DNA of 64,000 nucleotides from an uncultured Lachnospiraceae bacterium (lineage in GTDB: Bacteria > Bacillota > Clostridia > Lachnospirales > Lachnospiraceae): the NCBI GenBank assembly GCA_946616835.1, contig CAMOJK010000001.1:8894-72893 (forward strand), written 5' to 3'. Below, piece after piece: positions 57,690 through 64,000 of the stretch; the first letter of the stretch is position 1, and every line of letters begins with the position of its first letter. Made by a program: the position numbers and the translations under genes. Under the pieces are notes generated by a model. That model saw only the letters and a program-made list of their open reading frames with translations. It made no database searches and was not told where the DNA came from.

Positions 57690-58706
57690 ATGAGCAAAGA
57701 GATTAATATTTTATTTACTTCTGTAGGACGCAGAAGCTATTTAGTACAGTATTTTAGGGAGGCACTGGGAAACAGTGGAAAACTGTATGCAACAAATAGC
57801 ATAAAGTTTTCAACTGCTTTTAACTATGTTGACGATCACGCTGTTTCTCCGCTTATATATAGTGATGAGTACATCCCTTTTTTGCTTGATTGCTGCAGAA
57901 AATGGAAGATTTCTGCCATTATATCTTTATTTGATATCGATCTGATGATTCTTGCCAGGAATAGAGGATTATTTGAGAAAAATGGCGTAAAGCTGATTGT
58001 GTCGGATGTTGATGTTATAGGAAAATGTAATGATAAATGGCATACGGCAGAGTTCTTTAGAAATCAGGGAATAAACGCACCTAAGACTTTTTTGTCAGTA
58101 GAATCTGTTGTAGAGGAAGTAAAGAGCGGTTCTCTTTCTTATCCGCTTATTGTTAAGCCACGGTGGGGCGCCGGTTCCATTGCTGTTTCTGAGGCGGATG
58201 ATGAGCAGGAGCTGCGTTTTTATTATGAGAAGACAAAGAAAGAAATATTTGCTTCTTATCTCAGGTATGAGTCCCAAGTAGATTGCGAGCATAGTGTTTT
58301 GATTCAGGAGAAAATAGCAGGTCAGGAATATGGATTGGATATCATAAATGACCTTGATGGAAATTATATTACTACGATCGTAAAAAAGAAACTTGGTATG
58401 AGATCCGGTGAAACAGATTGTGCAATGACAGTTTCGGACGAAAGACTTATGAAACTGGGAGAAAGAATAAGTACATCCCTTAGGCATATCGCTAATCTTG
58501 ACGTGGATGTGATAGTGGATGATGATATGTATGTTATAGAGATGAATGCAAGATTCGGAGGCGGTTACCCCTTTAGTCATGTGGCAGGTGTTGATCTCCC
58601 GGCGGCGATAGTCAGGTGGCTTCGTGGTGAGAGTGCTGATAAGTCTTTATTTGATGTAAAAGCAGGGGTTCTTGCGCAGAAAGAGATAGGAATGGCCGTC
58701 CTGTAG
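57690..58706 (+). CDS. ATP-grasp domain protein (carbamoyl-phosphate synthase-like)
   Basis: ILFTSVGRR, CNDKW, VKPRWGAGS, IQEKI.GQEY, EMNARFGGG. Confidence 0.88.
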   Translation: MSKEINILFTSVGRRSYLVQYFREALGNSGKLYATNSIKFSTAFNYVDDHAVSPLIYSDEYIPFLLDCCRKWKISAIISLFDIDLMILARNRGLFEKNGVKLIVSDVDVIGKCNDKWHTAEFFRNQGINAPKTFLSVESVVEEVKSGSLSYPLIVKPRWGAGSIAVSEADDEQELRFYYEKTKKEIFASYLRYESQVDCEHSVLIQEKIAGQEYGLDIINDLDGNYITTIVKKKLGMRSGETDCAMTVSDERLMKLGERISTSLRHIANLDVDVIVDDDMYVIEMNARFGGGYPFSHVAGVDLPAAIVRWLRGESADKSLFDVKAGVLAQKEIGMAVL

Positions 58707-58727
58707 GATTGTGTCATAGGTTGGTTG

Positions 58728-59687
58728 ATGAATATAAGTCCTGTAGTGATACCTACATTGAATAGGTATGAACATTTAAAAAAATGTATAGAATCTTTGC
58801 GCAACAATAGTTTGGCTAAAGATACAGAACTTTATATTTCTGTGGATTACCCTCCGGAAGAAAAGTATCGTGTCGGATACGATGAAATCGTGCAATACTT
58901 AAGTAATCCTATAGAGGGTTTTAAGAATGTAACTGTTTTTTTTCAGGAAGAAAATCTCGGCGCGAGTGAGAATGGTCATTTTCTGTATACTAAAGCTTTC
59001 GAGGATCATGATAGTCTGATTTTTACTGAGGATGACAATATTTTTTCATCAAATTTTCTTGAATATATGAATAAGATGATGGAATTGTATAGGAATGATC
59101 GGTCCGTTTATGCGGTTACCGGTTATCGCTGGCCCTTTAAGTTAGAAAAACGTGCAGAGAGCTTTAGAAGTTCATATATAAGTGCATGGGGCTGCGGACT
59201 CTGGAAAGACAGGGTAGAAGAGTTTGAATGTTTTCGCAGGGAAGAGCTGGTGCACTATCTAAAAAAGAGTTCAAATCGGAGCAAATTCAAAAGCTGGAGT
59301 TATCATGTATACAAACAGGCCGTTTATGTGGCTTGTGAGAAGCATCATATGCAGATATACAGGAAAAATACTGCAGATAAGGTATATAGGGATGCAGACT
59401 TTATAGTTGAGATGTATATGCATATAAGGCGATTGCAGGTTATAGTGCCATATGTATCAAAAGTCAGGAATATGGGGCATGATGGAAGCGGTGAGAATTG
59501 TGATGATAGCAATTCTTTGATATTTGATGAACAGGAAATTGATAGCAGGGACCATTTTGAAATTTGTGAGGCGGTGGATCTAAATGAAGATGAACTCAGT
59601 AAATTGAGTTCTTTTCATGAAAATAATGATAAAACAGGACTTAAAGAAAGAATAAAATTAAATTTAATGCTTGCTTTAGGTTTGTAA
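58728..59687 (+). CDS. GT-A fold glycosyltransferase (GT2-like)
   Basis: PVVIPTLNR..H, NLG, IFTEDD, AWGCGLW, VRNMGHDGSG. Confidence 0.85.
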   Translation: MNISPVVIPTLNRYEHLKKCIESLRNNSLAKDTELYISVDYPPEEKYRVGYDEIVQYLSNPIEGFKNVTVFFQEENLGASENGHFLYTKAFEDHDSLIFTEDDNIFSSNFLEYMNKMMELYRNDRSVYAVTGYRWPFKLEKRAESFRSSYISAWGCGLWKDRVEEFECFRREELVHYLKKSSNRSKFKSWSYHVYKQAVYVACEKHHMQIYRKNTADKVYRDADFIVEMYMHIRRLQVIVPYVSKVRNMGHDGSGENCDDSNSLIFDEQEIDSRDHFEICEAVDLNEDELSKLSSFHENNDKTGLKERIKLNLMLALGL

Positions 59688-59694
59688 AACGGAA

Positions 59695-62409
59695 ATGTTG
59701 TACAACGTAGTCATTCGCCCTATCGAATATCTGATAGAGCTTATATATGTTATTATGGAGCGTTTCTTGGGGCATCCGGGATACGCAGTCATCGCCGTCA
59801 GTCTGACGGTGAGTTTTTTGTGTCTGCCCTTGTATTTGCGTGCAGAAGAACTTCAGAAGAACGAGGGTGAGAAACAGAAGAAATTAAAAAGATGGACGGA
59901 TCATATAAACCGCCATTTTAAGGGCGAGGAAAAGCTGTTCATCCGTACCTGCTATTACAATGAAAACGGCTACCATCCATATGATGCTATAAATGGTACT
60001 ATTCCTCTTCTTCTACAGATTCCGTTCTTTTTAGCGGCCTATCATTTTCTTTCTAATCTGGATGCATTAAAGGAATGCACTTTCTTTTTTATCTCTGACA
60101 TGGGATCAGAGGATGCACTGTTGCACATCGGCACTTTTCCTATTAACCTGCTGCCAATCGCAATGACAGCGGTAAACTGTATCTCAACATTTATCTATTC
60201 AAGGGATCTGACTCTTAAGCAGAAAATTCAACCCTATGCTCTTGCATTGGTATTTCTCGTACTTCTCTATCATAGCCCTTCTGGGTTAGTGTTATACTGG
60301 TTGTGTAACAATCTATTCTCTCTCATTAAGAATACCGTCACAGCATATGTTAAAGACCGGAAACTCTTTGTTGCGGTGGTGATATGCTTGCTGGGCAATG
60401 TTTTTATGGCTATTGCTTTTGGACGCAGCAAGATAAGCCATTTGCTTGTCTTCAGGGATTATGAGACATTGATGCTGTATGGCGTGATATACTTATGTTC
60501 ATTTATTCCATTGGCATTTTGGTTTATGACACGCAAGGGGAGTATAGACAGGATGGTTGTGCATGCTCATAAGAAAGGTGACCAGTGGATAGTGCTCGGT
60601 GGTCTTACTGTTCTTTGCGGTCTCTTGATTCCGCTTACGGTAATTGGTTCTGCACCTTTGGAATTCGTGGACCTCATTCATTACAGATCACCACTGCATT
60701 ATGTATGGACTACTTTTTCGGTGTCGGCCGGAGTTTTTCTCTTGTGGGGTGGGATTATTTACTGGTTATGTTCGGAAAAGGCAAAAAATACGTGCCTGTG
60801 TTTTTTTCTTTCACTGTTCGGTATTTCGATTCTTGATTATTTCTGCTTCAGGGCGGATGTGGGGAAACTCACCATGGAACTGATATTTGATCATTATCCT
60901 CGTTTTGATCGTCTTCCCAAGCTGATAAATCTGATATTGATAGTAGTACTGGCACTCGCGGTCATATTCCTTATGAAAAAGTACAGCAGAGTTGTGATAA
61001 TGTCTGTTTTGGTTCTGGCGGTTAGTATGCTGGCTATGTCTCTGAAAGAATTTGTTTCCATAAAAGGGGCACTTAAGGATGTGCATCCGGAGAGCTATTT
61101 TGCTGAAGAGGACAGGACTATTCCTCTTAGCAGGAATGGAAGAAATGTAATGGTCATAATGCTTGATAGAGCCGTGGGTTTATATATACCATTCATAATG
61201 GAAGAAAAACCTGAACTTGCAGAGAAGTTGGACGGTTTTACATACTACCCCAATACCGTTTCTTTTGGACCATATACGGATTATGGCTCACAGGCGATAT
61301 TTGGAGGCTATGATTATATTCCTGAAGCAATTGATGCAAGGTCTGATGTGCTAATGACGGACAAGGTGGATGAGGCGCTCAGTATGATGCCGGTACTTTT
61401 TTCAGAGGAGGGGGCCAGAGTTACCGTATGTGATCTTCCGGATTACACTGCGCTATCTGAGATGCATGCCTTTGATGAAATGGAGAGTGTTAATGCATTC
61501 CATTTGGAGAGCCTTACGAATGATGGAAATGATATAGAGGCGCTTTGGGCTAATATGGAGCGCAGCTTCTTTTTCTACAGCCTCTACAGAATGTCACCGC
61601 CAGTGATTCAGGATGACATATATGATGCCGGTGGCTACCTGTCATCTGTAAATTATAAGACTCTTGCATTGCCTAAGGATTTTTACAGGGCCTATGCTGC
61701 ACTTGGTAAACTTGAGGAGTTGACAGTCGTCAATGATAGTGACGAGGACACCTTGTTTATGTATGACAATAACATTGCCCATAGTACAGCTACTCTGCAG
61801 CTTCCTGATTACACTGTAGAGGATGTAATTGATAATAGTGCATATGACCTGACAGCAGTCAGAGAGGTTAATGGTGTTGTTTTTGAGTATGGTGATGATG
61901 GAGGAGCCGGTCCGGGACACTACTGCGTGAATATGAAGGCTATAATCATGCTTGGCGAGTATTTTGACTGGATGCGCGAACAGGGAGTATATGACAATAC
62001 ACGTATTATTATAGTGGCAGATCATGGGAGTTCAACCGGTCAGTTTACCCAGTTTAGGCTCCCATCTGGTGGAAGGGATTCGCTTCCTCTCAGGGGCTGG
62101 ATGTCAGCGTTGAATCCGCTGTTGTTGGTAAAGGATTTCGATGCTGAAGGATTTCACACAGATGATCGTTTTATGACTAATGCGGATACACCGGCAATTG
62201 CAATGGAAGGTATAATAGATAACCCTGTTAATCCTTATACAGGCAAGCCTGTAAATATGCAAGGAAAGAAAGATGGAATAAATACATTTTTAACAGAAAG
62301 CTTCGGTAGCTATTATGCTGGTCAGACACAGCATGATTATGGGGATGCGGTCTGGTATCATGTGCATGATGATATTTTTGAAATGGATAATTGGAGTGTG
62401 ATAAAATAG
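59695..62409 (+). CDS. YidC/Oxa1 insertase domain fused to TM region and alkaline-phosphatase/sulfatase (LtaS/EptA-like) domain
   Basis: N-terminal LPL...Q, YHP, PLLLQIPFF, F..I.D...D, LLPI.M, PSGLVLYW..NN; C-terminal VIMLDR, YPNTVSFG..T, NIAH, YDNTRIIIVADHG. Confidence 0.82.
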   Translation: MLYNVVIRPIEYLIELIYVIMERFLGHPGYAVIAVSLTVSFLCLPLYLRAEELQKNEGEKQKKLKRWTDHINRHFKGEEKLFIRTCYYNENGYHPYDAINGTIPLLLQIPFFLAAYHFLSNLDALKECTFFFISDMGSEDALLHIGTFPINLLPIAMTAVNCISTFIYSRDLTLKQKIQPYALALVFLVLLYHSPSGLVLYWLCNNLFSLIKNTVTAYVKDRKLFVAVVICLLGNVFMAIAFGRSKISHLLVFRDYETLMLYGVIYLCSFIPLAFWFMTRKGSIDRMVVHAHKKGDQWIVLGGLTVLCGLLIPLTVIGSAPLEFVDLIHYRSPLHYVWTTFSVSAGVFLLWGGIIYWLCSEKAKNTCLCFFLSLFGISILDYFCFRADVGKLTMELIFDHYPRFDRLPKLINLILIVVLALAVIFLMKKYSRVVIMSVLVLAVSMLAMSLKEFVSIKGALKDVHPESYFAEEDRTIPLSRNGRNVMVIMLDRAVGLYIPFIMEEKPELAEKLDGFTYYPNTVSFGPYTDYGSQAIFGGYDYIPEAIDARSDVLMTDKVDEALSMMPVLFSEEGARVTVCDLPDYTALSEMHAFDEMESVNAFHLESLTNDGNDIEALWANMERSFFFYSLYRMSPPVIQDDIYDAGGYLSSVNYKTLALPKDFYRAYAALGKLEELTVVNDSDEDTLFMYDNNIAHSTATLQLPDYTVEDVIDNSAYDLTAVREVNGVVFEYGDDGGAGPGHYCVNMKAIIMLGEYFDWMREQGVYDNTRIIIVADHGSSTGQFTQFRLPSGGRDSLPLRGWMSALNPLLLVKDFDAEGFHTDDRFMTNADTPAIAMEGIIDNPVNPYTGKPVNMQGKKDGINTFLTESFGSYYAGQTQHDYGDAVWYHVHDDIFEMDNWSVIK

Positions 62410-62426
62410 TGTCGGTTTGATGCGTT

Positions 62427-63350
62427 TTGAAAAAGGTACTACAGATGAGCGAAGAATTTAGTTTGGACCATACCAATTTGCTTTTAAAAGCAGCATACTC
62501 TGATCAGAATTATAAAGTGATGCAAGGATTATCAGATAATGGTTTGTGTGTTATCTTTTTTTCTGGTAACGGTCTGTATTACCCAAATACTGACGATTCA
62601 TTTAGGACAACAATATTTAAAAAAGACAGATATGAGTGGTCATCAGCAGCCAGTATCATGAGGGACTATGTCTCTCGTATAATTATGGTAAGAGATGTAA
62701 AGAAAAGTTGGTATGTTGATGGTATCAATGAGGAAATAAATGATATTGATAAACTTATTGATCTTTTGAGGGGACTGAGTGAGGGATATACGGTGTATAC
62801 ATATGGAAGCTCTGCGGGGGGGTATATGGCAATACTGGCGGGGGTTTTGCTGCATGCCAAAAGAGTTTTTCAATGGGGGGCGCAGACCGATTTGGAAATC
62901 CGGGATGATATAATAAATCAAACTGAATTTACTCGGACGGCTTCTGACTGTCAAAGGAAAAGAAAGTATTTCAGACTGACAGAATACTTGGATGACAGCA
63001 ACTCTGATATTTTTTGCTTTTATGCAGGGAAGAATGCAAAAGATATGCAGGATATGCGCCTGATAAGGGATTTTTCCAAAGTGCATGTTTTTTTATATGA
63101 TTCTGATCAGCATGGACAGGGGTTTGAAAGAGATGTATATGTTAATTTGCTTCATGTTAGTGATGAGGCGTTACTACGCCTTGAAAAAGAATATGAAGGA
63201 AAGAGGGTATCAGCCAATGAGCTGGGCAATAAGTTAAATGACGCTGTAGATGTCAGAATAAAGTATATAGAAGAAAAAAAGAAAGAAAGTGTTTTTCTTT
63301 TCGTCAGACACAAGCTCGGAATGATCAAAAGAAAAGTGATAAAGCCATGA
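62427..63350 (+). CDS. Hypothetical protein, alpha/beta-hydrolase-like
   Basis: IFFSG, RD..KSWY..GI, GSSAGGY nucleophile-elbow motif, late D and H. Confidence 0.6.
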   Translation: MKKVLQMSEEFSLDHTNLLLKAAYSDQNYKVMQGLSDNGLCVIFFSGNGLYYPNTDDSFRTTIFKKDRYEWSSAASIMRDYVSRIIMVRDVKKSWYVDGINEEINDIDKLIDLLRGLSEGYTVYTYGSSAGGYMAILAGVLLHAKRVFQWGAQTDLEIRDDIINQTEFTRTASDCQRKRKYFRLTEYLDDSNSDIFCFYAGKNAKDMQDMRLIRDFSKVHVFLYDSDQHGQGFERDVYVNLLHVSDEALLRLEKEYEGKRVSANELGNKLNDAVDVRIKYIEEKKKESVFLFVRHKLGMIKRKVIKP

Positions 63351-64000
63351 GAAAGGAAAGTTTTCCAATAAACGATAAAATTGCCTCGGAACTAGCAGAG
63401 GCGTGTGCGGAACAGATGACTATGCCACAAAACATAGACAACAGATGCATCTATGTGAATCTGTCTATGGTAAGGCTCCAAACAGTGCTATATTTGCCGA
63501 AGCTAATTTATGCTAAGGGTATAGCTGAAAAAACTGGATGCAGGGTGGTGGCTATCACATGGCGTCCCAACGAGTCTTTTGAACACATGTTGGAGATAAT
63601 GGGGATTGAGCATTTATGTTTGGAAAAAATGCTCAGAAAAAATGTGTTAGCCGGCGTGTCTGCTTTTTTTAAGACCATTGGCTTTATGCTCCTAGATGGC
63701 AGCGGTGAAGGATTAAAAAAATTGAAAATTTTTAAAATGCCTGTAGGTGGTCCGCTTTATGAGGATATAATCCGCACTTCTGAATTTTCAACGATAAGAT
63801 CTGCACGAAACAAGATATGTTTGCGCAAGATATTTCATATCTTATGGATGCTGTTTGCACTTGACGATCATTTAAAAAGGAATAAACCGCTGTATCTTGT
63901 GGCTGACGATCTTGGATATCATGAAGGCGCACAGATCATGATTTTTAAAAGACACGGTGCTGTGATAAGGAATTCCAGCTGGGAGGCTGAGGATAGAGTC
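63347..64000 (+). CDS. Hypothetical, probably capsule-related protein (3' partial)
   Basis: ATGA overlap with upstream stop; frame MRKESFPINDK... stays open to the window end. Confidence 0.65.
   Translation, partial: MRKESFPINDKIASELAEACAEQMTMPQNIDNRCIYVNLSMVRLQTVLYLPKLIYAKGIAEKTGCRVVAITWRPNESFEHMLEIMGIEHLCLEKMLRKNVLAGVSAFFKTIGFMLLDGSGEGLKKLKIFKMPVGGPLYEDIIRTSEFSTIRSARNKICLRKIFHILWMLFALDDHLKRNKPLYLVADDLGYHEGAQIMIFKRHGAVIRNSSWEAEDRV

Noticed and set aside
1-64000. CRISPR arrays, tRNA/rRNA genes, IS elements, invertible promoters
   Set aside because: No regularly spaced repeats, RNA-gene signatures, transposase or recombinase ORFs, or promoter-flanking inverted repeats found by eye

Overview
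The window is one long + strand surface-polysaccharide (EPS/CPS) mega-locus from a low-GC Firmicute; gene style suggests Lachnospiraceae (Butyrivibrio-like), which is inference. It holds at least two Wzx/Wzy/Wzz-type sets, two priming sugar transferases, L-FucNAc (fnlABC) and probable L-QuiNAc pathways, an acetamidino module (two N-acetyl-sugar amidotransferases with HisH/HisF paralogs), a polyol-phosphate module, an MBOAT/AlgJ O-acylation pair, GT-C-like membrane proteins and a YidC-sulfatase-fold fusion. Between about 2.3 and 10.7 kb, and again at 41 kb, non-glycan cargo resembling anti-phage/conflict genes is interleaved with the glycan genes. It includes a putative ART-like toxin with a DUF6575-like partner, an HhH glycosylase-like protein, two TIR proteins, a 4-gene MBL-hydrolase module and a Shedu-like nuclease. 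Two unrelated cargo modules each end in a helical protein with the same His/His/Arg/Asp motif, preceded by a short partner. Cargo sits next to decayed duplicate fragments of glycan-locus genes (VOC, sugar transferase, ugd). A ~200-nt structured non-coding element occurs twice with pairing-preserving substitutions. No tRNA, rRNA, CRISPR array, integrase or transposase was seen. All family calls come from motif recognition by eye; no database search was run.
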